Assembly: GCA_947254645.1 (NCBI GenBank) | Contig: CAMYDW010000001.1 | Location: forward strand, 63,433-127,432 | Length of the DNA stretch: 64,000 nt | Origin: an uncultured Peptococcaceae bacterium | GTDB lineage: Bacteria > Bacillota > Peptococcia > Peptococcales > Peptococcaceae | Direction of reading: 5' to 3' | Shown here: one piece after another, positions 42,911 through 53,571 of the stretch | How positions within the stretch are numbered: the stretch's first letter is position 1 | Layout of the letters: every line of letters starts with the position of its first letter | Program-made: the position numbers and the translations under genes | Notes under the pieces: generated by a model | What the model was told of the DNA's origin: nothing | Database searches by the model: none | What the model saw: only the letters and a program-made list of their open reading frames with translations

Positions 42911-43828
42911 ATGAAAAAAGAAATATATTTTGCGGGTGGTTGCTTCTGGGGCACTGAAAAGGTTTTTCAAAGCGTGCCAGGGGTGCTTGATACGACAGTC
43001 GGCTATGCCAATGGACATAAAGACCATCCAAGCTATAAAGAGGTATGTACAGATACCACAGGGCATCGTGAAACAGTAAAGGTGGTTTATGAGGACCAGT
43101 GGGTTTCTTTAGAAACACTTGTAGACGTCTTTTTTATGACCATTGATCCTACCCTTGCCAATCAGCAAGGCAATGACCGAGGGTCTCAATATCAAACAGG
43201 TGTGTATTATACCGATGAAAAGGAAGCGGCAGTCTTGGAGAAAATTTTTGCAACGAAGCGTCAAAGGGTGCAGCCGTTTTTTGTGGAGTTGGCGCCATTG
43301 ACACATTTTTGGGATGCGGAGGAAATGCACCAAAATTATCTTGAGAAAAATCCAAGAGGCTATTGTCATATTCATCCGCGAGAACTGCAGGAGGTAGAAG
43401 CTTATTTAGCGCAACAGCTCAAAGCAAAAATTGGTCAAACCGCCTATGAGGTGGTCAAGCATGCCGCAACAGAACGTCCTTTCACAGGGCAATATGATCA
43501 GTTTTTTGAAAAGGGCATCTATGTAGATGTTGTCAGCGGGGAGCCGCTCTTCTTATCAGCGGATAAATTTGATGCAGGCTGTGGTTGGCCAGCCTTTAGC
43601 AAGCCGATAGACAAAGGGGCGATTCAATATCATCGCGACAGCAGTCATGGCATGGAGCGCACTGAAGTAACCAGTCAGCAAGCCAAGAGCCATCTTGGAC
43701 ACGTCTTTCAAGATGGGCCAGCAGCCTTGGGTGGCAGTCGCTATTGTATCAATTCAGCAGCCCTGCGCTTTGTGCCTGTGGATGAGATGAAAGCTGAGGG
43801 GTATGGCGCCTATCTTGAGTTGCTGTAA
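42911..43828 (+). CDS. msrAB: Bifunctional peptide methionine sulfoxide reductase MsrA/MsrB
   Basis: MsrA motif GGCFWG at the N-terminus; MsrB domain with CGWPAF and HLGHVF at the C-terminus. Confidence 0.92.
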   Translation: MKKEIYFAGGCFWGTEKVFQSVPGVLDTTVGYANGHKDHPSYKEVCTDTTGHRETVKVVYEDQWVSLETLVDVFFMTIDPTLANQQGNDRGSQYQTGVYYTDEKEAAVLEKIFATKRQRVQPFFVELAPLTHFWDAEEMHQNYLEKNPRGYCHIHPRELQEVEAYLAQQLKAKIGQTAYEVVKHAATERPFTGQYDQFFEKGIYVDVVSGEPLFLSADKFDAGCGWPAFSKPIDKGAIQYHRDSSHGMERTEVTSQQAKSHLGHVFQDGPAALGGSRYCINSAALRFVPVDEMKAEGYGAYLELL

Positions 43829-43967
43829 ACTGGTGATGAACAAGCGTTATATGCAAGCTTGTTGAAAAGGCTGAAGAATCTAAGAAAAAACATTTTACAA
43901 TTTCTCAAAATTGTATATAATACCAAAGGCATTTATTGCAGCACTTTCTACAGTATAGGAGAATAGT

Positions 43968-45344
43968 ATGATGAATAAGATGTATGACGTGATTATTATC
44001 GGTGCAGGGCCTGGGGGTATTTTTTCTGCCTATGAGCTGCTCAAGCTACAGCCAAGTTTAAAGGTGGCGGTATTTGAAGCAGGCAATCCATTGGCGAAAA
44101 GACATTGTCCCATTGATGGGGAAAAGATTACCTCTTGTATCAGCTGCCCTAGCTGTTCCATCATGAGTGGCTTTGGTGGTGCAGGGGCATTTTCAGATGG
44201 GAAGTACAATATCACCAATGATTTTGGTGGCACCTTATACGAATACATTGGTAAGCAAAAAGCCACCGATTTGATGGAATATGTGGATACCATTAACCTT
44301 GCCTATGGGGGCGAGGGAACAAAGCTGTATTCCACAGCAGGAACCGACTTGAAAAAAATCTGCATGCAAAATAAATTAAAGCTTTTGGATGCGTCTGTGC
44401 GCCATTTGGGAACGGATATCAACTATACTGTTTTGGAAAATATGTATGCAGATTTAAAAGATAAAGCAGATTTTTACTTTAGAATGCCTGTGGAAAGTAT
44501 TGAACCATTGGCAAATGGCTATCGCATTCACACTAAAGATGAGGCCTTTGACTGCGAAAAATGCATAATTTCTGTTGGTCGTAGCGGCAGCAAGTGGATG
44601 GAGAAAACCTGCCACTCTCTGAACATCCCAACAAGCTCCAATCGTGTGGATATTGGTGTGCGTGTGGAATTGCCAGCAGAAATTTTCTCTCATTTGACAG
44701 ATGAACTCTACGAAAGTAAGATTGTCTATCGCACAGAAAAATTTGAGGACAATGTGCGTACCTTCTGTATGAACCCGCGTGGCAGTGTGGTAAATGAAAA
44801 CACCAATGGCATCATCACCGTGAATGGCCATAGCTATGAGGATCCAGCCAAGCAAACGAACAATACAAACTTTGCCCTTTTGGTGTCCAAGCATTTCTCT
44901 GAGCCCTTCAAGGACAGCAATGGCTATGGTGAAAGCATTGCACGTCTTTCCAATATGCTCGGTGGCGGGGTCATTGTACAGCGCTTTGGGGATTTGATTC
45001 GTGGCCGCCGAAGTACTAAAGACCGCATCCGCTCAAGCTTTGTGGTACCAACCTTGCAAGCAGAGCCAGGAGATTTGAGCTTGGTTTTACCAAAGCGTAT
45101 TTTAGATGGCATCATGGAAATGATTTACGCCCTTGATAAAATTGCCCCAGGGACTGCCAACGATGACACCCTTTTGTATGGGGTAGAAGTAAAGTTTTAC
45201 AATATGGAAGTCAAGCTGAATGAAAACCTTGAGAGCAATCATAAAAATCTCTTTGTGATTGGAGATGGCAGTGGTGTCACCCATTCCTTGTCCCATGCGT
45301 CAGCAAGTGGGGTCTATGTGGCGAGATACATTGCAGGGGAGTAA
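43968..45344 (+). CDS. FAD-dependent protein of the COG2509 family, paralog 2
   Basis: IIGAGPGGIFSAYEL, FGGAGAFSDGKY; 458 aa. Confidence 0.75.
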   Translation: MMNKMYDVIIIGAGPGGIFSAYELLKLQPSLKVAVFEAGNPLAKRHCPIDGEKITSCISCPSCSIMSGFGGAGAFSDGKYNITNDFGGTLYEYIGKQKATDLMEYVDTINLAYGGEGTKLYSTAGTDLKKICMQNKLKLLDASVRHLGTDINYTVLENMYADLKDKADFYFRMPVESIEPLANGYRIHTKDEAFDCEKCIISVGRSGSKWMEKTCHSLNIPTSSNRVDIGVRVELPAEIFSHLTDELYESKIVYRTEKFEDNVRTFCMNPRGSVVNENTNGIITVNGHSYEDPAKQTNNTNFALLVSKHFSEPFKDSNGYGESIARLSNMLGGGVIVQRFGDLIRGRRSTKDRIRSSFVVPTLQAEPGDLSLVLPKRILDGIMEMIYALDKIAPGTANDDTLLYGVEVKFYNMEVKLNENLESNHKNLFVIGDGSGVTHSLSHASASGVYVARYIAGE

Positions 45345-45520
45345 AAGGATAAAAGCCCGCTCTTTTTCATGCTATTCTGTCGAGAGAAGTGGTTGACGAA
45401 TAATGGCTTTGTAGTCATAATAGTATTAAAATGGGAATGTTCTGTGTTTTTGTTTACAAACATTGGGGGATAAACTGGTACAATCCATTTTACGAATATT
45501 GCTCAGGGGGAGGGCTTTTA

Positions 45521-46072
45521 ATGAAGAGTTCCAAGAAAATAGTTGTGTTATTTTTGCTCGTGGCAGTTTGCTTTGCGGGGCTGATGTTCTATGTTCCTCA
45601 ATCAAGTGAGGCATATCCCAAGGACTTGACCCTTGAAGAATATAAAGACAACGTGGGCAAAAACATTGATTTGATCATTCAGACGTATGAAAAAATTGAT
45701 ACACCTAGTTTTAGAGCCTGTGAAAAAATTTATCAAAAAGAAGTGGTCAATCTGGTGTTTTTTCCAACAGCAGAAAGCACCTTGGATAAAGCTGCAGAAA
45801 CCTTTTTGAAAGATGATAAATTAATGGTGATGAAAAAATGGCGTGCAAAACGTTTTTTGCATAAATATTATCCGCATGCCTATGAATTTGATGCGGCCTA
45901 TCGGGCCTCACTCGAAAAACCAGCTGACGAAAATCAGCCAGTGACACCTTTTATTGAAGATCGAGTATACACCTATCAGGATGGCAGCGTAATCACCTTT
46001 GGCGTTGGCGGCATGAGCATCCAGTATGCCGATGAAAATCCAGAGATTGCTGCTGCAAGAGAAAAGAAATAA
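45521..46072 (+). CDS. Hypothetical exported/membrane-anchored protein
   Basis: N-terminal signal-anchor (IVVLFLLVAVCFAGLMFYV), RBS GGGGGAGGG; no family recognised. Confidence 0.5.
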   Translation: MKSSKKIVVLFLLVAVCFAGLMFYVPQSSEAYPKDLTLEEYKDNVGKNIDLIIQTYEKIDTPSFRACEKIYQKEVVNLVFFPTAESTLDKAAETFLKDDKLMVMKKWRAKRFLHKYYPHAYEFDAAYRASLEKPADENQPVTPFIEDRVYTYQDGSVITFGVGGMSIQYADENPEIAAAREKK

Positions 46073-46125
46073 TAAACTAAAAAACACCTACTTGTTGAAC
46101 CAAGTAGGTGTTTTTCTTTGTCTGA

Positions 46126-48054
46126 TTATGCTTCGTTTTTAATAGAGGTGAGCAAGCCGCCTGCGAGCAATAATTTTTCTTGGCGTGCACCAAGCTCAAT
46201 ATCGAGATCGTAGGTTTTGCCAGTGGTTTCGTTTTTCACGCTGACAGCGCCTGCTTTGATTTGTGCTGGAAGATTTTCAAAAATCAAGCTGTCACCGATA
46301 GAAATATCGTTGTAGTCTTCTGGGTTTTTGAAGGTCAAAGGCAAGATGGCATTGTTGATAAGGTTTGCCTTGTGAATACGTGCAAAGCTCTTTGCAATAA
46401 CAGCCTTGACACCTAAGAACAATGGTGCAAGGGCAGCGTGTTCACGGCTAGAGCCTTGGCCATAGTTATCGCCAGCAACGATGATTGGAGAAGCGTCAAC
46501 GGTTTCTTTGCAGCGTTCTGGGAATTTTGCATCAGATGGGGTAAGGCAGAAATCAGCCAAATATGGAATATTAGAGCGGAATGGCAATAATTTTGCATTA
46601 CTTGGCATGATGTGGTCAGTGGTGATGTTATCTTCAAGGTGTGCAGCCACTTTACCAACAAAGCCTTCTGGTACAGGTTCACCAACAGGTACCCCTTTGA
46701 TGTTTGGCCCTTTGATGAGCTCGGTATGACCAATTTTTTCTTCATCTGGCTTGATGAAGAGGTTATCATCCACATCGTAGTAATCTGGTACTTGAATATT
46801 TGCAAAGCGAATGTCCTCAGCTGGATTGGTCAATACCCCAGCAATAGCACTCATTGCTGCTGTTTCAGGGCTAACGAGGTAGACATCAGCGGATTTTGTA
46901 CCACTTCTGCCATAGAAGTTACGGTTAAAGGTACGTAGTGAAATACCGTTGGTGTTAGGGGCTTGACCCATGCCGATGCAAGGTCCGCAACCACATTCTA
47001 AAATACGTGCCCCTGCTTCAAGGAATACAGAGAGGGTGCCATCGGTGGCCATTTGCTTCAAGATGGTACGAGACCCTGGAGAAATAACAAGGCTCACATC
47101 AGGATGTACCTTGTTGCCACGAAGGACTGCTGCACATTTTGCCAAGTCCATGTAAGAGGAGTTGGTGCAGCTGCCGATTGCCACTTGGTTGACCTTCAAA
47201 CCTGCTAAGCTTGCAACGGTCACAACCTTGTCTGGGCTGTGTGGGCAAGCAGTCATAGGTTCGAGGGTAGAGAGGTCGACATGAATGGTTTTGCTGTAGA
47301 TGGCGTCTGCATCTGCTTGCAGTTGTACCCATTGGTCTGCACGGTCCATGGATTGCATGTAAGCTTTGGTGCGATAGTCACTTGGGAAAATAGAGGTGGT
47401 TGCACCCAATTCAGCACCCATGTTGGTAATGGTGGAGCGTTCTGGAATGGTCAAATTGGTAACGCCATCACCAGTGTATTCATATACTTTATTGACGCCG
47501 CCTTTAACGGTTTCTTGTTGTAAAACATAAAGAATAATATCTTTTGCAGCAACCCCAGTACGGAGCTTGCCAGTGAGACGTACTTCGATGACTTCTGGCA
47601 TGGTGATATAGTAGCTGTGTCCAGCCATGGCAGCGGCAACATCAACGCCGCCTGCACCAATTGCCAACATCCCGAGACCACCGCCTGTTGGGGTGTGAGA
47701 GTCAGAGCCAATGAGGGTTTGTCCAGGTACACCGAAATTTTCTAAATGGACTTGGTGGCAAATCCCGTTCCCTGGTTTGGAAAACCAAATGCCAAAATTT
47801 TCAGCAGCACTTTGGATAAATAAATGGTCGTCAAAGTTTTCTGGACCGCTTTGTAGCATGTTATGGTCAATGTAAGCAACAGAACGTTGTGTTTTTACAC
47901 GGTCGATGCCCATCGCTTCCAATTCAAGATAAGCCATTGTTCCAGTTGAGTCTTGGGTTAAGGTTTGATCGATACGAATTCCAATTTCATTTCCTGCTTT
48001 CATTTCACCATCGGTCAAATGCGCAGCAATAATTTTCTCTGTTAATGTTGGCAT
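46126..48054 (-). CDS. Aconitate hydratase, mitochondrial-type (about 640 aa) aconitase family
   Basis: IGSCTNSSY motif, Fe-S Cys ligands, C-terminal swivel domain. Confidence 0.85.
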   Translation of the reverse strand: MPTLTEKIIAAHLTDGEMKAGNEIGIRIDQTLTQDSTGTMAYLELEAMGIDRVKTQRSVAYIDHNMLQSGPENFDDHLFIQSAAENFGIWFSKPGNGICHQVHLENFGVPGQTLIGSDSHTPTGGGLGMLAIGAGGVDVAAAMAGHSYYITMPEVIEVRLTGKLRTGVAAKDIILYVLQQETVKGGVNKVYEYTGDGVTNLTIPERSTITNMGAELGATTSIFPSDYRTKAYMQSMDRADQWVQLQADADAIYSKTIHVDLSTLEPMTACPHSPDKVVTVASLAGLKVNQVAIGSCTNSSYMDLAKCAAVLRGNKVHPDVSLVISPGSRTILKQMATDGTLSVFLEAGARILECGCGPCIGMGQAPNTNGISLRTFNRNFYGRSGTKSADVYLVSPETAAMSAIAGVLTNPAEDIRFANIQVPDYYDVDDNLFIKPDEEKIGHTELIKGPNIKGVPVGEPVPEGFVGKVAAHLEDNITTDHIMPSNAKLLPFRSNIPYLADFCLTPSDAKFPERCKETVDASPIIVAGDNYGQGSSREHAALAPLFLGVKAVIAKSFARIHKANLINNAILPLTFKNPEDYNDISIGDSLIFENLPAQIKAGAVSVKNETTGKTYDLDIELGARQEKLLLAGGLLTSIKNEA

Positions 48055-48183
48055 GTATACTCCTCCTTGGTTTTGCGTTTATCGTTTCTATTATACGCTG
48101 AATTGGAATGGCTCGCAAGAAGATATAATCACTGGTCAGGTATTAGTAAAAACGATAGAATAATAAAGGAAAGGAGCCTGCCT

Positions 48184-48873
48184 ATGATGAAGAAAATTTT
48201 GAATATCGTTTTTCCGCATCCTTCTATGTGTATTTTTTGCGAAGAAAAATGGAAACAGCTTGGCATCTGCGAAGCTTGTGAGACCCATTTAGCAACCTTG
48301 GGTGAACGAGAAGGACAATGTCGGCGATGTGGGAGCTTTGGCTTTCGAGGAAAGGTGTGCGACACTTGCCGCGAGTGGCCAAGCTATTACAAAGGCAATC
48401 AAGCCTTATTCCCCTATACAGAGGAAGTGCGTGAGATGATTGTGCGGATGAAGTTTCATCATGAGCCATGGCGACTAGAGGGCTTGATGGGTGTGTTGGA
48501 AAAAACGACCTATCCACCAGTAGACGCTATTGTCCCAGTGCCTCTCCACCCTATTCGTCTGCGTGAGCGTGGCTATAATCAAAGCTTGATTTTGGCAAAT
48601 CTCATCGGTCAATGTACTGGTGTTACGGTGGAAAAGACGTGGCTGGAGCGTTGTGTGAATACTGCCCATCAGGTGGATTTGCCTCGCAGCCAGCGGATGC
48701 AAAATGTTGCCCAGGCCTTTGTTGTTCCAAAAAATTTGAAAAATATACAGTCGGTGCTCTTGGTGGATGACGTATTAACCACTGGCGCTACCCTCTTGAG
48801 CTGCGCACGCGTCCTACATCAAGGCGGTGTTAAAGAGATTTATAGCATGACCATTGCTGCGGGGATTCACTGA
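48184..48873 (+). CDS. comFC: ComF family protein (ComFC-like phosphoribosyltransferase with double zinc-ribbon)
   Basis: N-terminal CxxC x4, C-terminal PRTase motif LLVDDVLTTGAT. Confidence 0.8.
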   Translation: MMKKILNIVFPHPSMCIFCEEKWKQLGICEACETHLATLGEREGQCRRCGSFGFRGKVCDTCREWPSYYKGNQALFPYTEEVREMIVRMKFHHEPWRLEGLMGVLEKTTYPPVDAIVPVPLHPIRLRERGYNQSLILANLIGQCTGVTVEKTWLERCVNTAHQVDLPRSQRMQNVAQAFVVPKNLKNIQSVLLVDDVLTTGATLLSCARVLHQGGVKEIYSMTIAAGIH

Positions 48874-49080
48874 TATACATGATATTCACAACTTTATGCA
48901 TAATGCATAAATATTCATAAAACACTATGAAACGCAGAAAAAACAATAAAAACAACCTTTTTTATAAAAAAAATATAAAAAAAGCTTGCAATTTTATTCA
49001 TGGTGGCGTATACTTTGATTCAGTTAGAAAAAACATAAAATCACTGACAGAAATAGGAAGAAAAGAAGGGAATTGAGGAT

Positions 49081-49902
49081 ATGAATAAGAAAATTGTGGC
49101 AATGTTATTAACTGCAGCAATGTCTGTGACCTTGCTTGCTGGTTGTGGTGGTAGCGGCGATGCAGCAAAAACCGATGGGGACAAGAACAGCAATAAAATT
49201 GTGATGGGGACAAATCCAACCTTCGAACCATTTGAATATCAAGATGAAAGTGGGAAGATGAAAGGCTTTGACCTTGATTTGGTAAAAGCGATTGGTGAAG
49301 ACCAAGGCTTTGAAGTAGAAGTCAAATCTCTCGAATTTGATGCTTTGGTTGGTGCGTTGCAATCTGGTTCTATTGACTTGATTGCTGCTGGGATGAGCAT
49401 TACCCCAGACCGTCAAGAAAATGCCATCTTCTCCAAACCATACATGGATGCAAGCTTGGGGATTATTGTTGCAAATGACAGCGATATTAAGACCGCAGAT
49501 GACTTAAAAGGTAAAGTGGTTGCCGCTCAAATCGGTAGCACTGGTGCAGATGCTTGCCAAGAGTTGAAGAAGAAAGGCGTTGTTAAAGAAGTGAAGCTCC
49601 TTGATAACTTCAACACCTGCATTCAAGACTTGAAGAGTGGTGGCACAGATGCAATCATCAATGACATGCCTGTGAACCAAGCATACATGAAGTCTCATCC
49701 AAATGATGTTGTCCTTGTAGGCGAACCATACGTTGCTGATTATTATGGCATTGCTTGTGCAAAAGACAATAAGGAACTTGCTGATAAGATCAATGCTGGT
49801 TTGGACAACCTCATTAAAAACGGTAAATATCAAGAGCTTTGCAAAAAGTACAACTTAGAAGTACCAGAAGCGATTGTCAATGGGACTGCAAAAGTAGCAT
49901 AA
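49081..49902 (+). CDS. Amino-acid ABC transporter substrate-binding lipoprotein (polar amino acid / Gln-type)
   Basis: Lipobox LLAGCGG, SBP_bac_3 fold features. Confidence 0.85.
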   Translation: MNKKIVAMLLTAAMSVTLLAGCGGSGDAAKTDGDKNSNKIVMGTNPTFEPFEYQDESGKMKGFDLDLVKAIGEDQGFEVEVKSLEFDALVGALQSGSIDLIAAGMSITPDRQENAIFSKPYMDASLGIIVANDSDIKTADDLKGKVVAAQIGSTGADACQELKKKGVVKEVKLLDNFNTCIQDLKSGGTDAIINDMPVNQAYMKSHPNDVVLVGEPYVADYYGIACAKDNKELADKINAGLDNLIKNGKYQELCKKYNLEVPEAIVNGTAKVA

Positions 49903-49986
49903 TTTTTGATTAATGAAATTGAGATGCGAAGAAAATTCTTTGCATCTCAATTTGTGTTCATTTATGAATTTGAAGGAGGATACTAA

Positions 49987-50697
49987 ATGGAAGGATTTTT
50001 TGGCAAATTATTACACGTTTTGCCTATTCTAATTCCAGGGGCAACCTACACCATTGGCATCACCATTGTGGCGGTAAGCTGTGGGATTGTCATTGGGATG
50101 TTGATGGCGCTCATGAAATTGAGCAATAACCGTCTGTTGCAAGGGATTGCCAATGTTTATATTGAAGCGTTGAGAGGGACCCCTCTTTATGTACAAATTT
50201 TCTTGTTCCACTTTGGGGTAGCAAGTTTGATTGGTTCTATTATCCATGACAAGTTTGCATTCCCTGTTCTTGTAACTGGTATTGTTGTTTTATCATTAAA
50301 TAGTGGGGCTTATGTGGCGGAAATCTTCCGTGGCGGTATTCAAAGCATCGATAAAGGTCAAACAGAGGCGGCACGTTCTTTGGGCATGACCCAAAAACAA
50401 ACCATGCGTTATGTGGTATTGCCACAAGCAATCAAGGTCGTTATTCCACCTCTTGGCAATGAATTTGTCATGCTGTTAAAGGATACTTCTTTGTTGGCAG
50501 CCATTGGCTTGGCAGAAATCATGAAGCGTGGGATGATTTACAACTCTGTGACCTTTGAAGCCTTCCCGACTTTCTTTGGGGTGGCGTTGGTGTACTTTGT
50601 GATTACCTTTACCCTCACACGTTTTATCAATCGATATGAACGTGGATTGAATCAATCCTCTGGCAAAAAAACACGTCAGCAAGAAGCTGTGAAATAA
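49987..50697 (+). CDS. Amino-acid ABC transporter permease (His/Glu/Gln/Arg/opine family)
   Basis: EAA-loop region (EAARSLGMTQKQTMRYVVLPQA). Confidence 0.88.
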   Translation: MEGFFGKLLHVLPILIPGATYTIGITIVAVSCGIVIGMLMALMKLSNNRLLQGIANVYIEALRGTPLYVQIFLFHFGVASLIGSIIHDKFAFPVLVTGIVVLSLNSGAYVAEIFRGGIQSIDKGQTEAARSLGMTQKQTMRYVVLPQAIKVVIPPLGNEFVMLLKDTSLLAAIGLAEIMKRGMIYNSVTFEAFPTFFGVALVYFVITFTLTRFINRYERGLNQSSGKKTRQQEAVK

Positions 50698-50706
50698 TAG
50701 GAGGTC

Positions 50707-51435
50707 ATGAAAATGATTGAAATTAAAAACTTACATAAATCCTTTGATGATCTCGAAGTCCTCAAAGGTATCACTGAAACCATCCAAGATGGTGAAATTG
50801 TTTCTATTATCGGTCCATCTGGTTCTGGTAAAAGTACATTTTTGCGTTGCATTAACTTATTAGAAACACCGACCTCTGGTCAAATCATTATTGATGGGGA
50901 AGAAATTACCAATCCAAAGCATGACATCAATAAAATGCGTGAACGTCTTGGGATGGTATTCCAACGCTTTAATCTTTTCCCACACAAAACCGTTCTAGAC
51001 AATATCACCCTTGCACCAATTTTTGTCAAAGGGGTCGACAAAGCCACTGCTGAAGCAGAAGCAAGAGAGCTTTTAAGAAAAGTTGGCTTAAAAAACAAGG
51101 AAGATGTGTATCCAAATTCTCTTTCTGGTGGGCAACAACAACGTGTGGCGATTGCACGTGCCTTGGCAATGAAACCAGAAATCATGCTCTTTGACGAACC
51201 AACCTCTGCCCTTGACCCAGAAATGGTAGGGGAAGTATTGAGCGTTATTCGTGGTCTAACCCAAACAGGCATGACGATGATGATTGTAACCCACGAAATG
51301 GGCTTTGCCCGTGAAGTGAGTGACCGTGTATTCTTTATGGATCAGGGCATCATCATGGAACAAGGTAGCCCAGATGCCATTTTTGGCAATCCAACCCAAC
51401 CACGTACCAAAGATTTTTTGGCGAAAGTCCTTTAA
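50707..51435 (+). CDS. Amino-acid ABC transporter ATP-binding protein (GlnQ-like)
   Basis: [34 protein letters not shown]. Confidence 0.92.
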   Translation: MKMIEIKNLHKSFDDLEVLKGITETIQDGEIVSIIGPSGSGKSTFLRCINLLETPTSGQIIIDGEEITNPKHDINKMRERLGMVFQRFNLFPHKTVLDNITLAPIFVKGVDKATAEAEARELLRKVGLKNKEDVYPNSLSGGQQQRVAIARALAMKPEIMLFDEPTSALDPEMVGEVLSVIRGLTQTGMTMMIVTHEMGFAREVSDRVFFMDQGIIMEQGSPDAIFGNPTQPRTKDFLAKVL

Positions 51436-51485
51436 TAAAAGCAATAAAAAAAATACCTGATGCCTTGGTATCAGGTATTTTTTTA

Positions 51486-52379
51486 TTAATGTCCATCAGG
51501 AAATTCATCATCATCAAGAGGCTCTACATGCACAATGACGCTGGCGTTTGGTGCTAATTTTTCCTTAATGCACAGCTCTATAAGATGGCTTAAATTATGT
51601 GCTTCACTAATACAGAGCGAGGGATTGACCTTGATGTGCATATCGACATAAGGGGCGTCCTTGGTGCCACGAGAGCGAATTTCGTGGATTTCCTTGACGT
51701 CAGGAAAAACGGCAGCACATTGACGGATATCTTCTTCCTCGAGGACCTTTCCATCTATTAGGACATGGCTGTTATCATAAAAGATTTCCCAAGCGGCATG
51801 GAAAATGAAACCAGCAACCACTAAGGAAATAATAGGGTCGATGACAGGTGGCAAGCCGAGCTTCACACCAACCAATCCGATTAAGACACCGATGGTGACA
51901 AAAATATCACTGGCAGTGTGTGAGGCGTCTGCAATTAGGAAGCTGCTGCCCAATTCATTGCCTTTGCGGCGTTCATAGGTGGTGACAAAAATATTGGTGG
52001 CAAGGGTCAAGAGCATGACCACCAAGCTGCTTGTGGTGACATTGATAATGTGTGGCTGTTGGAAAGCAACAATCGCTTCTTTGACAACCTTGATGCCGAT
52101 GCTCAATAAGAAGGCGGCAATGACAAGGCTTGAAAGGGTCTCGATTTTTTCATGACCATAAGGATGAGAAGGGTCATTTGGGGTGCCTGCAAGACGTACG
52201 CTGATCAAGCCGATGATATTGGAGGTGCCATCTGTCAGAGAGTGAAAGCCATCGGCTGTCATAGAGGTACTTTGAATCAACGTCCCGAAAATAATTTTAA
52301 TGGTGGCAACCGCCATATTAGCAACGAGGATCACCGCCAATATCCATTGGACCTTTTTTGTTTTTTCATTCATTGTCAT
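51486..52379 (-). CDS. Cation diffusion facilitator family divalent metal exporter (CzcD-like)
   Basis: CDF signature (HSLTDGTSN ..., HxxxD pairs), 6 TM plus C-terminal cytoplasmic domain; start at MTMNEK behind AAAGGAG. Confidence 0.85.
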   Translation of the reverse strand: MTMNEKTKKVQWILAVILVANMAVATIKIIFGTLIQSTSMTADGFHSLTDGTSNIIGLISVRLAGTPNDPSHPYGHEKIETLSSLVIAAFLLSIGIKVVKEAIVAFQQPHIINVTTSSLVVMLLTLATNIFVTTYERRKGNELGSSFLIADASHTASDIFVTIGVLIGLVGVKLGLPPVIDPIISLVVAGFIFHAAWEIFYDNSHVLIDGKVLEEEDIRQCAAVFPDVKEIHEIRSRGTKDAPYVDMHIKVNPSLCISEAHNLSHLIELCIKEKLAPNASVIVHVEPLDDDEFPDGH

Positions 52380-52385
52380 AATTAA

Positions 52386-52470
52386 AACTCCTTTTTTGAG
52401 GTAAAAAAAACACGAGGCAGTGTATGTCCTGTCCCGTGGTGTGTGCCACTGTTTTTCAACCCGACCTCTG
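52386..52470 (-). promoter_or_regulatory. Structured leader of the CDF exporter: intrinsic terminator (CACGGGACAGG-GACATACA-CUGCCUCGUG plus U8) immediately upstream of the RBS; candidate NiCo (czcD-motif) metal riboswitch
   Basis: Read directly: minus-strand transcript CAGAGGUCGGGUUGAAAAACAGUGGCACACACCACGGGACAGGACAUACACUGCCUCGUGUUUUUUUU with alternative pairings (GAGG/CCUC, CAGUG/CACUG, GUGG/CCAC); the NiCo family is known upstream of czcD-type CDF genes. Confidence 0.35.
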
Positions 52471-52651
52471 ATATGATATATCAAGTCTGCTCAGTTCATC
52501 ATTTATTGTTTTATAAGAGTGTATCATTAGGTCTTTGAGTTGGTCAAGCGTAACTCTTGGCGTTTTTTGAGGGAGAAAAAAATGATAAAAAGACGTCAAA
52601 AAACCTGCTATTAAAGCATTTGATGGAGTATAATAGAAACGATGAAGTGAG

Positions 52652-53557
52652 GTGAATTTTTTGGAAAGTAAGCAGAGGGAATGTAAGCAGAGGGAAAATC
52701 GAGCAGTGGCCAATGTACTAATTGCTGGAACGGCTTGGGGATGTATTGGCTTTTTTACCAGAACCTTGAGCGCATTGGGCATGTCGCCGTTGAGTATTTC
52801 GTTTTTTAGAAGTCTGGTGGCGGCGCTATTGCTCGGTATTTATCTTGGTATTTCGCAGCGTGACATTCTGCGGATTGCCATCAAAGATTTATGGATGTTT
52901 TTTGGGACAGGCGTGGTGTCGATTGGGGCCTTTAATGTCTTTTATTTTTACACCCAAACAAAAACAACCTTGAGTATTGCGGCGGTGTTGCTTTATACTG
53001 CCCCTTTTTTTGTGATTATGATGTCGGCTTTGATTTTTAAGGAGAAAATCACGAAACAAAAAATCATCGCTCTGTGTCTCGCCTTTACAGGCTGTTTGTG
53101 TGTTACAGGGGTCATTGGCGGCAAACTGGATTTGGTGCCAATAGCAGTTGTTTCGGGGATTGCCGCAGCCATTTGCTATGCCTTGTATAGCATCTTTGGT
53201 CGCATTGCATTGGCGAAATATCCAGCGATGACAGTCACCTTTTATTCCCTTTTTGTCTCTGGTATAGGGATCGGAGTGGTTTTCGCAGGCAGTGGTGCCG
53301 AAATGCCTGCCATCAGCATGAAGCTGATTGTATTTATTATTTTATTGGCGATTATATCCACCATGCTTCCATATATTTTCTATACCAAAGGGCTGCAGGT
53401 GTTAGCACCAAGTAAGGCGAGTGTTTTGGCCTTTGTAGAACCAATGGTTGCCACCATTCTTGGCATGGTGGTCATGCATGAACCGCTGACGCTTATATCC
53501 ATGCTTGGTATCATTTTGATTTTTCTAGGGATTATTGTTTTAAATAGACGTGTTTGA
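52652..53557 (+). CDS. DMT-superfamily (EamA-like) transporter
   Basis: 10 TM, two EamA repeats; start uncertain (GTG 52652 or TTG 52661). Confidence 0.75.
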   Translation: MNFLESKQRECKQRENRAVANVLIAGTAWGCIGFFTRTLSALGMSPLSISFFRSLVAALLLGIYLGISQRDILRIAIKDLWMFFGTGVVSIGAFNVFYFYTQTKTTLSIAAVLLYTAPFFVIMMSALIFKEKITKQKIIALCLAFTGCLCVTGVIGGKLDLVPIAVVSGIAAAICYALYSIFGRIALAKYPAMTVTFYSLFVSGIGIGVVFAGSGAEMPAISMKLIVFIILLAIISTMLPYIFYTKGLQVLAPSKASVLAFVEPMVATILGMVVMHEPLTLISMLGIILIFLGIIVLNRRV

Positions 53558-53571
53558 GAGGAGATTTAAGA

